In this document: positions 7,164-15,404 of the stretch, one piece after another
How positions within the stretch are numbered: position 1 is the first letter of the stretch
How the letters are laid out: every line of letters begins with the position of its first letter
NCBI GenBank assembly: GCA_040260805.1
Contig: JBDQPD010000050.1
Span: forward strand, 1 to 23,552
Length of the DNA: 23,552 nt
Origin: Myxococcota bacterium
GTDB taxonomy: Bacteria > Myxococcota > UBA4151
Direction of reading: 5' to 3'
The notes under the pieces: model-generated
What the model was told of the DNA's origin: nothing
Databases searched by the model: none
The model's input: only the letters and a program-made list of their open reading frames with translations
Program-made: the position numbers and the translations under genes

Positions 7164-8768
7164 CTAGCGCTCGCAGAAGAAGTAGTTGTCCTCAGCGCAA
7201 GGCGAGTCGTTCCAACGGCCGCCTCCTGAGCGCCAAAACTCTGCGCAATCCTCGCCATCGCCCCAGTCGTCAGGCTGAAAGCTCGCCCAGTTCGTGAAGT
7301 TCGAGTTGCGCCCGGTCCACACCCAAGCGTTGTTGTTGTTTTGGTGCAAACCGATCCAGTGGTCGCGACGCCCTGCGGCGCTCCACAAGAGGTCATGGTC
7401 GGCTCGACTCATGACCGATGCGAGGTGACCGCCCCAGCCTTCGCAAGCTGCCTTAGACTCGGGCCAGGTCCGGTTGAGTGAGCAACGAATGGTCAGCGGG
7501 CTGCGTTCCTCGACGAAGGCACAACCTTGGGGCGCCACTAAAACCTGGCAAGCGCTCGTGCAGCCATCAAACTCGTCATTGTTTCCATCATCGCAAGCCT
7601 CGACACCTTCATAGACGATACCGTCACCGCACCGTGCCTCAACGCACTCGCTCGTGCAGGCATCTCCATCGGCTTGATTCCCGTCGTCGCAAGCCTCAAC
7701 TCCAGCCCGAACGTGCCCATCACCGCAGGTCGCCGTCCGGCAATTATTCAAGCAGCGATCCCCGTTGCTTTGATTACCATCATCACAAGCCTCCACTCCC
7801 GCGCGGACCTGACCATCGCCGCAGCTCGCCACGACGCAGTTGGATAAGCACGCGTCGTCATCGCGCAGGTTGCCATCATCGCAAGCTTCAACGCCGGTCT
7901 GAACCGATCCATCGCCGCACACGGCGACGACGCAATCGCTCAAGCAGGCGTCGTTGTCGCTCATGTTACCGTCATCACAAGCTTCAGTCCCCGCAAGGAC
8001 GTAGCCGTCACCGCAACGAGCCTCCAAGCATCCGCTGACGCAGTCGTCATCGTTGTCGTCGTTGCCGTCATCGCAAGCTTCCACTCCCTGCCAGAGCGCC
8101 CCGTCACCGCATACGGCGGCTTGGCACTCTACGCAGGCGTCGCTGCTGAGCGCGTTCCCGTCATCGCAGGCCTCTCCTGAGGGGGCATCAGCAGGCAGAT
8201 CGCTTCGGCGCACTCCATCGCCGCAGCGCGCTCGAATACAGCCCTCAAGACAAGCGTCGTCTTGCTCATTGTTCCCATCGTCGCACTCTTCATTACCGCG
8301 CCAGACGATCCCATCGCCGCAGACCGCTCGTGCGCACAAGCTCGTGCACCCATCGGCGTCGGCTACGTTGGCGTCGTCGCAGGCTTCATAACCCTCATCC
8401 CCCTCTGAACGATCCGTTCGCACGACACCATCGCCGCAGCGCGCAGGTCGGCAGTTGTTGCGACACGCATCGGTGTTGATCTCGTTGGCGTCATCGCACA
8501 GCTCACCTTGGCTGACTAAGCCATCACCGCAGACGACTTCAACGCATTGGTCGGTGCAGGTTGAGCTGCCTAAGGGGCCATCATCGCAGGCTTCCCCGGG
8601 TTCGATTCGCTCATTGCCGCAGGTGACGCGCTCGCAGACACCAAAGTCGCACGAGCCGCCTTCACCGCAATCGGTGTTCACTTCGCAGCGGCGTACATCA
8701 CCAAAGTCAGCGCTGGGGACACAGGCGCCTAAGGCTAAGCAAAAGCACGCGAGCCCTCGAAACGCCAT
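7164..8768 (-). CDS. Lipoprotein with 11 Myxococcus cysteine-rich (DUF4215-type) repeats and a C-terminal C-type lectin domain
   Basis: ATG 8768 overlaps the upstream stop (TGATG). Lipobox LGAC. 11 CG(D/N)..E.CDD..C...C units. C-type lectin motifs 'TWPESKAACEGWGGHLASV', 'HWIGL' and 'FTNWASFQPDDWGDGEDCAEF..WNDSPC..YFFCE'. Confidence 0.9.
   Translation of the reverse strand: MAFRGLACFCLALGACVPSADFGDVRRCEVNTDCGEGGSCDFGVCERVTCGNERIEPGEACDDGPLGSSTCTDQCVEVVCGDGLVSQGELCDDANEINTDACRNNCRPARCGDGVVRTDRSEGDEGYEACDDANVADADGCTSLCARAVCGDGIVWRGNEECDDGNNEQDDACLEGCIRARCGDGVRRSDLPADAPSGEACDDGNALSSDACVECQAAVCGDGALWQGVEACDDGNDDNDDDCVSGCLEARCGDGYVLAGTEACDDGNMSDNDACLSDCVVAVCGDGSVQTGVEACDDGNLRDDDACLSNCVVASCGDGQVRAGVEACDDGNQSNGDRCLNNCRTATCGDGHVRAGVEACDDGNQADGDACTSECVEARCGDGIVYEGVEACDDGNNDEFDGCTSACQVLVAPQGCAFVEERSPLTIRCSLNRTWPESKAACEGWGGHLASVMSRADHDLLWSAAGRRDHWIGLHQNNNNAWVWTGRNSNFTNWASFQPDDWGDGEDCAEFWRSGGGRWNDSPCAEDNYFFCER
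7548..8621 (-). repeat. Coding tandem array of 11 Cys-rich repeats (about 96-nt period in the distal part)
   Basis: Recurrent CGDG-x-E-x-CDDGN-x5-C-x3-C at protein level. The DNA copies are diverged at synonymous sites. Confidence 0.9.
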
Positions 8769-9628
8769 CAACGCGCCAAAAGGCTAAAGCCGGCGATTCC
8801 CGCGCCGGTCAGCGCCAGCCCTGTTCCCCACATAATTCGAGCTTGAGTCTGAGCGCTTGCAAGTTGGTCGTAGTCTTTTGCGGTCGCAGTCGCCGGCTCG
8901 TACTCTTCTTGAGCCGCTCCTAAGACCATATAACTGCTGCCGAAGACGGCAACTCCACCCACACCAACTAAGACAGAGCCCCAGCGCATCAGCTTGTCAT
9001 GACTCACCGCTTTGAAGCCGGGCTTAGCCTCTACTTTGACGGCAACCGGTTCGGCTTTTCCGCCCCACAGCGACTGAACCAGTCCGGGGATGGCTTGCGT
9101 GAGTTGGCGCTCGGTAGCCTGCCCCTTCAAGTCACGCCGCCAGCGCGCCTCGACGCCTAGGTCCATATAATCTAGCCCCAGCCGAAACCCACCGGGTTCG
9201 AGCGTCAAGCGTGGTGAAATGATCGCGCCGACCTGAAGCATAGCGCCGAGCTCGACCAAACACGACGGCGACGCGCAGTCACTCAGCCGCTCCTGAGCTT
9301 CGAGCGGCATCGAGTTCATGATCTCGGCGATGGTGATGACCTCTTTGAATCGCCCGACGCGTTGCACCGCAGCGCGCAACTCGATTGCGACACGGCGAAG
9401 CATTGCTGGCTGAACGTCAGCCCCTGCACCCACCTCTAAAATCGCCACCCGCGCTGCAGCCGCAGCCTGCCTGGGTATCGGAGTCGCCTTAACCTTGAGC
9501 TCCTTGGGCTCATCCCCAAGCGCTTTGAGCTCAGGCAGCTTAACCAGCGCCGGCTTAGACGATGCATACGCCGCCGAGGGCATCATCAGAGGGGCTATTA
9601 CGAGTAGTGCGATCAGACGCAAAGGCAT
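8768..9628 (-). CDS. Exported hypothetical protein with a possible CsgG/TolB-N-like alpha/beta domain and a C-terminal Gly-rich hydrophobic hairpin
   Basis: Signal peptide ending 'AYA'; 'RVAILEV..CASPSCLVELGAMLQVGAII'; two C-terminal hydrophobic segments. AGGAGG abuts ATG 9628, so the in-frame TTG 9622 (6-nt spacing) may be the real start. The fold call is tentative. Confidence 0.7.
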   Translation of the reverse strand: MPLRLIALLVIAPLMMPSAAYASSKPALVKLPELKALGDEPKELKVKATPIPRQAAAAARVAILEVGAGADVQPAMLRRVAIELRAAVQRVGRFKEVITIAEIMNSMPLEAQERLSDCASPSCLVELGAMLQVGAIISPRLTLEPGGFRLGLDYMDLGVEARWRRDLKGQATERQLTQAIPGLVQSLWGGKAEPVAVKVEAKPGFKAVSHDKLMRWGSVLVGVGGVAVFGSSYMVLGAAQEEYEPATATAKDYDQLASAQTQARIMWGTGLALTGAGIAGFSLLAR

Positions 9629-9640
9629 CCTCCTATCGGG

Positions 9641-9649
9641 ACTCTACCA
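9641..9649 (-). promoter_or_regulatory. Putative extended -10 element
   Basis: Minus strand TG-G-TAGAGT just upstream of the AGGAGG at 9634-9629. Confidence 0.35.
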
Positions 9650-9700
9650 GCGGTGCGGCGGCTTCGTAAGAGGGCGCAGTAAGCTAACGAAGCGTAGGCG

Positions 9701-9892
9701 TCAGACTCGTCTCGAGCCACGCGCATTCCCAGGACCAATATCCCAAGGCTCCCGATCGGGAGCGTCATAGAAATCAGCGAGACCAGCCATCTCTGACTCT
9801 CGAACCAACACGCGACTGTTTTCCTCGTCACGAAGACGAATGCCCTTCGCTGTCTTGGTGACCGATGCCGGTTTTCGCTTGGGCTTTGACAC
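9701..9892 (-). CDS. Small hypothetical protein (63 aa), basic N-terminus
   Basis: Strong GAGGAGG about 7 nt upstream of GTG 9892. It fills an otherwise empty gap in the same orientation as its neighbours. Confidence 0.6.
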   Translation of the reverse strand: MSKPKRKPASVTKTAKGIRLRDEENSRVLVRESEMAGLADFYDAPDREPWDIGPGNARGSRRV

Positions 9893-9990
9893 GCTGACGC
9901 CTCCTCACAAAGGTTTTGCCTCTCCCCATACAGCGGCGCAAGCGTTTGCGATTTTTACGGGCTAGAAAATCGAGACATACAAGCCTCGAA

Positions 9991-11544
9991 CTAGAGCGAG
10001 ACCCCCACCGACTTGGCGACGAACTCGGCGCCATAATGCGCGAGACCATAGATGGTCTGTGAGGGGTTGACGCCGAGCGAGGTGGGAAAGACCGAACCAT
10101 CAACGACAAAGACATTGTCCATACCACGCAGTCTGAACTGGGAATCAACGACCGAGAGGTCTTCATCGCGCCCCATGGCGCAGCCGCCCATTTGATGAGC
10201 GCTGACCAAAAAGTGCTCGTGGGCTCCATAGGCTAAGCCGTCAAGGGCCTCGAGGTCGCTCTTGCTTTTGAGTTGGAGCGGCCGGGTGTGCAAGGTCATG
10301 GCCCATTGGGCTCCGGCCTCTAAGGTCAACTCAGCGAGCTTACGGTGGCTGACCTTCAAGGTGCGAGCGAAGACGTCTGAGATCGGATAATCAAGCTTGG
10401 GTAAGCCGCCAGGGCGTAAGCTGACCGTGCCGCCCTCATCGCCTGGGGCAAAGCCGTCGATATGCAAGGCGATAAGGGCGCTAAAATGGGACAACTCACC
10501 CATCGCTTTTTGAGCGGCATCGCCCATCGCCGGAAGCACCGAAGCGGCCAACATCGGGTGGACCGGCGCGGCTTCAAAAAAGAAGCCCATACGCCCCGCT
10601 TCTGGTTGGGCAAAATGATGGCTCGCTACGCTCTGAGGCGCTCCATAAAAGCCCTGCACGGGGTCTGCGTATTTACCCAAAATTCCGATCACGGGATGCA
10701 AAAAGGTGCGCTTTCCAACCCGCCCGTTGCTGTTGAGCCCCGAGCGTAACAAAAGCGCCGGACTGTTGAGCGCGCCTCCGCTCACGACCACCGTCTCAGC
10801 CCGTACCCTGACCGCCTGACCGAGCGGCTCTGAGTCGGCGTTCGCCTGCGCTTGACCGACCACTGAAGTGACTTTGGAGCCTTCATGAACCAAACGATCG
10901 ATGGGGCAGTTAACCACGAGGTTCATCCCTGCCCGGATCGCATCTGGGATGTAGGTGACATGCATGGCTTGCTTGCCATCGACCGGGCAGCCCATACCGC
11001 AGTAGCCGCTGTTCACGCAGCCTTTGACGTTGCGCTTGGTCGGGCCAGCTTGCCAGCCGAGCTTGCGCGCTCCATCGAGCAGTTTTCGGTTGTTGGCGTT
11101 GGCGCTCTCGAGCGGCCATTCAAAGATGTTGAGGCGTTGCTCCACCGTGTCAAAGTGAGGCTCAAGCACAGCTGAAGTCAGACCTTCAACTCCGTGCTGA
11201 TTTGCCCAATGATCGAGCACGTGATCTGGCGTTCGATAGCAGGTCGTCCAGTTGATCGCCGTGCCACCTCCCGCCGCACGTCCCTGCAAAATACCAATGC
11301 TGCCATCACCCGTAAACCGAGTACCTCGGTCTTGATACATCAAGCCATAAGCTTGCTCTTCACGTAGCTTGAAATCTTCTTTCGAGATCCACGGCCCTGC
11401 TTCCACCATGACCACGCTGACGCCCGCAGCGGTGAGGCGCGCAGCCAAAACCGAACCCCCTGCACCGGAACCGATGATCGCGACTTGCGCAGTGAGGTCT
11501 AAAGGCTTGGTCAGCGCTGCAGCGTCGATAATCGAACCGCTCAT
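9991..11544 (-). CDS. GMC-family FAD oxidoreductase (LaoA / long-chain alcohol oxidase-like)
   Basis: ATG 11544 overlaps the upstream stop (ATGA). Motifs 'AIIGSGAGG..VEAG', 'GGGTAINW', Cys motif 'CVNSGYCGMGCP', 'SAHQMGGC' and 'VVDGSVFPTSLGVNPSQTI'. Confidence 0.93.
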   Translation of the reverse strand: MSGSIIDAAALTKPLDLTAQVAIIGSGAGGSVLAARLTAAGVSVVMVEAGPWISKEDFKLREEQAYGLMYQDRGTRFTGDGSIGILQGRAAGGGTAINWTTCYRTPDHVLDHWANQHGVEGLTSAVLEPHFDTVEQRLNIFEWPLESANANNRKLLDGARKLGWQAGPTKRNVKGCVNSGYCGMGCPVDGKQAMHVTYIPDAIRAGMNLVVNCPIDRLVHEGSKVTSVVGQAQANADSEPLGQAVRVRAETVVVSGGALNSPALLLRSGLNSNGRVGKRTFLHPVIGILGKYADPVQGFYGAPQSVASHHFAQPEAGRMGFFFEAAPVHPMLAASVLPAMGDAAQKAMGELSHFSALIALHIDGFAPGDEGGTVSLRPGGLPKLDYPISDVFARTLKVSHRKLAELTLEAGAQWAMTLHTRPLQLKSKSDLEALDGLAYGAHEHFLVSAHQMGGCAMGRDEDLSVVDSQFRLRGMDNVFVVDGSVFPTSLGVNPSQTIYGLAHYGAEFVAKSVGVSL

Positions 11545-12065
11545 TGAGCTCCTCCAAACCGCAAGGGTCCAGGGTAGCCCATGTGCGACCACGTCTCAGG
11601 TCGACTCCAGTAGGCACTGTTCACCAACGCGATCAACGCCCGAATCCCTGCTCGTCGAGGAGGCAAACGGCTACCACGCCACTGCTCAATCGCAGCCACG
11701 CATTCGGCGTGTGACAGGGCTGAAAAAGGCGTCGGACGAGCATCTAAAATAGCTCCCGCTACTGGGTTTTCAAGTAAGTTGAGGACCAAGCACAGCTCAT
11801 CTTTTAGGTCGGGATTCAAGCTGGCAAGAATCTCATCGACCATACCGGCGGTGTTTAGGTCCTTCGCCGATGGGAGGTCTACAGAGCCTCCAATGATCGC
11901 CGAAGCGGCTGCAACCAACGTACTCCACTGCCTTGGATTGAGCGCTTTGAGTCCGCCCTCTGGCAACGCAGCGAGCGGCCCCTTACGCAAGCTCAAGCCC
12001 ACGCCACCCAGAGCCAGCATCGCCGAGCCAGCAAAACCGTATTTTAGAAAGGTACTTCGTCTCAC
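11541..12065 (-). CDS. Tat-signal partner subunit of the GMC oxidoreductase (LaoB / gluconate-2-dehydrogenase subunit 3-like)
   Basis: Twin-arginine signal 'MRRSTFLKYG' plus a hydrophobic stretch; C-terminal 'YWSRPETWSHMGYPGP'. Coupled to the GMC gene. Confidence 0.85.
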   Translation of the reverse strand: MRRSTFLKYGFAGSAMLALGGVGLSLRKGPLAALPEGGLKALNPRQWSTLVAAASAIIGGSVDLPSAKDLNTAGMVDEILASLNPDLKDELCLVLNLLENPVAGAILDARPTPFSALSHAECVAAIEQWRGSRLPPRRAGIRALIALVNSAYWSRPETWSHMGYPGPLRFGGAQ

Positions 12066-13096
12066 GTTGGGTCCTTGGGAGTTCCTACCCAGAGTACAAC
12101 TCTGCGCCCTGCGTGCATGAAACTCAATGCGTTGACCAAATTTCCATGCGGACAGCCGTAATCCTCGGGCAACAAAAGCGCTAAACGCCAGCCGCTAAGG
12201 GTGCCATGAAAACGAGCCAGCAAACGGCGAACGACGTCGCCTCGAACCGTCGCGTCGTAGGGCGGATGGGCGGTCACCAAACCGTGCTGGGGCAAGCTGC
12301 TCAGGTCCATATCCTCGAAGGCTTTACGATGCAGCTTGAGCCGATTCAGCACGCCCGCACGCTGTGCGTGATCACGGCATGCGTTGTAAGCTGCGAAGGC
12401 GTGATCGCTGGCGAGTAGCAAGCCCTCAGGGATCGAGCCCTCGGTCTTTCGAATAGGCGCGGGGGCTTTCGGCCAATGCTCGAATCGCCACGGACGCAAA
12501 CGGCTACTTGGCCGACCCATCAAAGCCGCCTCGATCACAAACGCGCCGGGCCCACAGCAGGGATCGTACAAAGGCTCACCAACCGACCACTGCGCTGCCC
12601 GCAGGCAAGCCACCGCATAGTTCTCATCCAAGGGCGCAGAGTGGGCATCGAGCCGATAGCCGCGCTCGTGCATGTCGGCGCCGCTGCAGTCCAGCTCGAG
12701 CCCTACCCAATCGACGCCAAAACGTAACTTGAGTAAGGTGCTGCCCTCACCCTCGACGGCTTCGGCATCGATGGCTTGACGCAGCGCCTCTTGGTTGTCG
12801 AAACGCCCCCCCGACACCACGACCGAGAGCGGGTCACCAGGATAGCGGTATGTGGACCACTCCACCGAGCCCGCTGCCTCGATCATCTCTGGTTCACGAC
12901 CCGGTAAGCCTTGTGCCAGGATCGACCATACGCGGCTCGCTAGGCGACTTCGATGCAAGACGGGAAGCTGCTCGATCTGGGCTTCGACCAAGACCGATCC
13001 AGCCCGAGTTCGAGCCTGCTCGAAGCCGAGTTCATCAAGTTCATCACTGAGGAGCTGTTCGAGACCGTGGGCGCAGGTGAGACGGTAGATCGGCAT
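12062..13096 (-). CDS. THUMP-type RlmL-like class I SAM-dependent RNA methyltransferase homologue (divergent)
   Basis: ATG 13096 (TAATG overlap). Motifs 'TCAHGLEQLLSDELDELG', 'SRLASRV', 'MHERGYR..APLDENYA' and 'DPCCGPGAFVIEAA'. HPPY replaces the usual NPPY. Confidence 0.8.
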   Translation of the reverse strand: MPIYRLTCAHGLEQLLSDELDELGFEQARTRAGSVLVEAQIEQLPVLHRSRLASRVWSILAQGLPGREPEMIEAAGSVEWSTYRYPGDPLSVVVSGGRFDNQEALRQAIDAEAVEGEGSTLLKLRFGVDWVGLELDCSGADMHERGYRLDAHSAPLDENYAVACLRAAQWSVGEPLYDPCCGPGAFVIEAALMGRPSSRLRPWRFEHWPKAPAPIRKTEGSIPEGLLLASDHAFAAYNACRDHAQRAGVLNRLKLHRKAFEDMDLSSLPQHGLVTAHPPYDATVRGDVVRRLLARFHGTLSGWRLALLLPEDYGCPHGNLVNALSFMHAGRRVVLWVGTPKDPT

Positions 13097-15336
13097 TAAG
13101 GGTCGACCCCGCAATCACCCGGGCAACCGTCCCGGTTTTCATTGTTTCCGTCGTCGCATGCCTCACCGTCATCGACGATGTCATCGCCGCAGCGTTGGTC
13201 GGTGCAATCGGTTCGACACTCGCCGTTGGGCTCGTCGCTGTTGCGGCGAGCGCCTAGATCACAATCTTCTTCAAAGCGGTTGGTCACGCCGTCGCCGCAG
13301 CGAGCCCGAACGCAGCTGTTCAAGCAATAATCGTTGTTGTTGCGGTTGCCGTCATCGCATTGTTCTTCGCCGCGTTGTTGGAAGTTATCACCGCACACGG
13401 CGCGTCGGCATAAAATAGTGCACGCATCGCCCGGGTCTTGGTTGCCGTCATCGCATTCTTCAATGCCCGCCCGCAAAACACCGTCACCGCAACGAGCCTC
13501 TTGGCAGTCTGCTGTGCAGGCGTCCGATGGCTCGATGTTTCCGTCATCGCATTGCTCGACCCCGATCTGGAGCAGCCCATCGCCGCAGCGGGCTGTTCGA
13601 CAGGTGCTCGGACAAGCGTCTTGGTCGTTGTCGTTGCCGTCGTCGCATTGTTCGCCCTGATCAACGATCCCATCGCCGCAGCCAGGGCGGGTGCAGTTCG
13701 AGCGACATGTGTCGCCCGGCTCATCGCCGTTCGCTTCGCCCTCATCGCAAGCCTCAAATCCGGGTCGAACAATCCCATCGCCGCAGCGAGCCAGCTGGCA
13801 TGACGACAAGCAGCCATCACGATCCGATTCATTTCGGTCATCACACGCCTCATCAGCTTGCACGACACCATCGCCGCAACGCGGCTCAAGGCAGTCAATC
13901 GAGCATCCATCACCGTCCAGCGCGTTGCCATCATCACATTGCTCGCCTGGATCAGTGACGCCATCGCCGCAGCGATGATCAGCCGCCTCGGGGCGCTGCG
14001 TCACGCCCACAGGGAGCGAGCCGTCCGGACCACCCCAGCACAGCGTCGCGCCCGAGCCATTGATGGCGCAGGTCCGACCGCCGCCGGCAAAGATTCCGCC
14101 CGAGCCATCGAGCGCTTCGATGAGCATCGGCGATAGATGACAGGCTGCCTCAAGCCCGTCAGGGGGAAGGCATAAGCTGCCGTCCATGGTGCCAAGACCC
14201 AGCTGTCCAACTTGGTTGTGACCCCAACACTGCACCGCGCCTTGGGCGCTCAGCGAACAGGTGTGATCTCCAGCCGCGACCAGCTGAGTCACTCCGACCA
14301 AATTCGGAACGGGACGTGGGGTCGTGAAGCAGTGACCGCGGCTCGATAAGCCCTCGCCGCAGCGACGAGCTCCCTCCATGCCGCCTAAACCAAGCTGTCC
14401 GAACCCGTTATGACCCCAACAGCGCACGGTGCCGTCATCGATCAGAGCGCAGCTGTGTGCGCGCCCAAGGGCTAAATCACTGACGCCGCGGACACCTTCG
14501 ACTTGGACCGGACGCCAGCTGTCAAAGAGCGCGCCATGCCCAAGCTGACCCAAATCACCACGACCCCAGCACCAGAGATTCCCTGACCGGTCTCGTGCGC
14601 AGCTGTGAAAACTGCCCAGCGCCAGAAGGTCTGCAGGCGGCAGATACCTTAGCTCCACCGCGTCGGCGCGGAAGCTGGTATTGGTCGAGTCGCCCACTTG
14701 GTTAAAGCCGTTCGCTCCCCAACAGCGCACCACGCCCGAGTCCAACAAGACGCAGGTGTGGGCGACGCCCAACTCAAGCTGAGCGACGTCATCGGCCATC
14801 GGCAGCGGTGTCGGCGAGACGCGGCAGCGGTCGCGCTCTCGAGTCCCGCACAACAAGCCCTCATCGCCCTCACCGATTTGACCTCGGGTCGCTAAGCCCC
14901 AACAGCGCACGGAGCCGCTCTGAAGCAGGGCGCAGGCATGCGAGCCACCCGCGCGCACTGCGCGCACAGAGCCGGTCTGTAAGGCTCGCAGCGAGTCGCC
15001 GAGTTCGCGCGGCTCAAGCCCCCCATCACCGAGCGAGCCAAAGGAGTTATCACCCCAACAAAAAACGTTACCCGCAGCGCTCAAGCCGCAGGTGAAATCT
15101 TCCGTATCGGACAAGCCGAGCGCCAAGCTTTGAAACGAAAGCGTCTCGAGCGCACAGGCTGACGAGCAGCCATCCTCTTCGACCGAATTCCCATCATCGC
15201 AGCCTTCATCGACTTCATGGACGCCGTTACCGCACACAGGCGGCGGCGGCGGCGGTGGCCCTGCATCGACGATGGGCTCACTCGTTTCACTGCAGGCACC
15301 CACGAGGAGCAGTGCCCAAAGGCTATGACGTAACAT
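13096..15336 (-). CDS. Lipoprotein: one Cys-rich repeat, RCC1/BLIP-II-type beta-propeller, nine C-terminal Cys-rich repeats
   Basis: GAGGTGG then ATG 15336. Lipobox VGAC and a [10 protein letters not shown] linker. Repeated 'G..H(T/S)C.L...G.V.CWG.N..GQ(L/V)G'. Nine CGD..E.CD units. Confidence 0.9.
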   Translation of the reverse strand: MLRHSLWALLLVGACSETSEPIVDAGPPPPPPPVCGNGVHEVDEGCDDGNSVEEDGCSSACALETLSFQSLALGLSDTEDFTCGLSAAGNVFCWGDNSFGSLGDGGLEPRELGDSLRALQTGSVRAVRAGGSHACALLQSGSVRCWGLATRGQIGEGDEGLLCGTRERDRCRVSPTPLPMADDVAQLELGVAHTCVLLDSGVVRCWGANGFNQVGDSTNTSFRADAVELRYLPPADLLALGSFHSCARDRSGNLWCWGRGDLGQLGHGALFDSWRPVQVEGVRGVSDLALGRAHSCALIDDGTVRCWGHNGFGQLGLGGMEGARRCGEGLSSRGHCFTTPRPVPNLVGVTQLVAAGDHTCSLSAQGAVQCWGHNQVGQLGLGTMDGSLCLPPDGLEAACHLSPMLIEALDGSGGIFAGGGRTCAINGSGATLCWGGPDGSLPVGVTQRPEAADHRCGDGVTDPGEQCDDGNALDGDGCSIDCLEPRCGDGVVQADEACDDRNESDRDGCLSSCQLARCGDGIVRPGFEACDEGEANGDEPGDTCRSNCTRPGCGDGIVDQGEQCDDGNDNDQDACPSTCRTARCGDGLLQIGVEQCDDGNIEPSDACTADCQEARCGDGVLRAGIEECDDGNQDPGDACTILCRRAVCGDNFQQRGEEQCDDGNRNNNDYCLNSCVRARCGDGVTNRFEEDCDLGARRNSDEPNGECRTDCTDQRCGDDIVDDGEACDDGNNENRDGCPGDCGVDP
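13111..13971 (-). repeat. Coding tandem array of 9 Cys-rich repeats
   Basis: Counted CGD(G/N/D)..E.CD..C...C units in the translation. Confidence 0.9.
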
Positions 15337-15366
15337 AGCGATCCACCTCAAAATTTCGGCTCGTTC

Positions 15367-15395
15367 AATCTAGCCCGCTAGCCCGAGTCGTACAA
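15367..15395 (-). promoter_or_regulatory. Putative sigma70-type promoter for the 15336-9991 operon
   Basis: Minus strand TTGTAC (15395-15390), a 17-nt spacer, then TAGATT (15372-15367). Confidence 0.55.
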
Positions 15396-15404
15396 TCTCA
15401 ACGA

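Noticed and set aside
7164..7540. Diversity-generating retroelement target (C-terminal lectin with an AAC run at about 7330-7341)
   Set aside because: No reverse transcriptase and no template/variable repeat pair seen in the window. The domain looks like a canonical Ca2+-type C-type lectin. A remote DGR cannot be excluded from this window.
7548..8621. Periodic sequence as a CRISPR array or non-coding repeat
   Set aside because: The units are in-frame protein repeats diverged at third codon positions, with no identical direct repeats and no cas genes.
13142..14210. Many overlapping alternative-frame ORFs over the Cys-rich arrays (also near 7500-8800 and 22100-22900)
   Set aside because: Repetitive Cys/Asp/Gly codons deplete stops in other frames, and the products are low-complexity artefacts.
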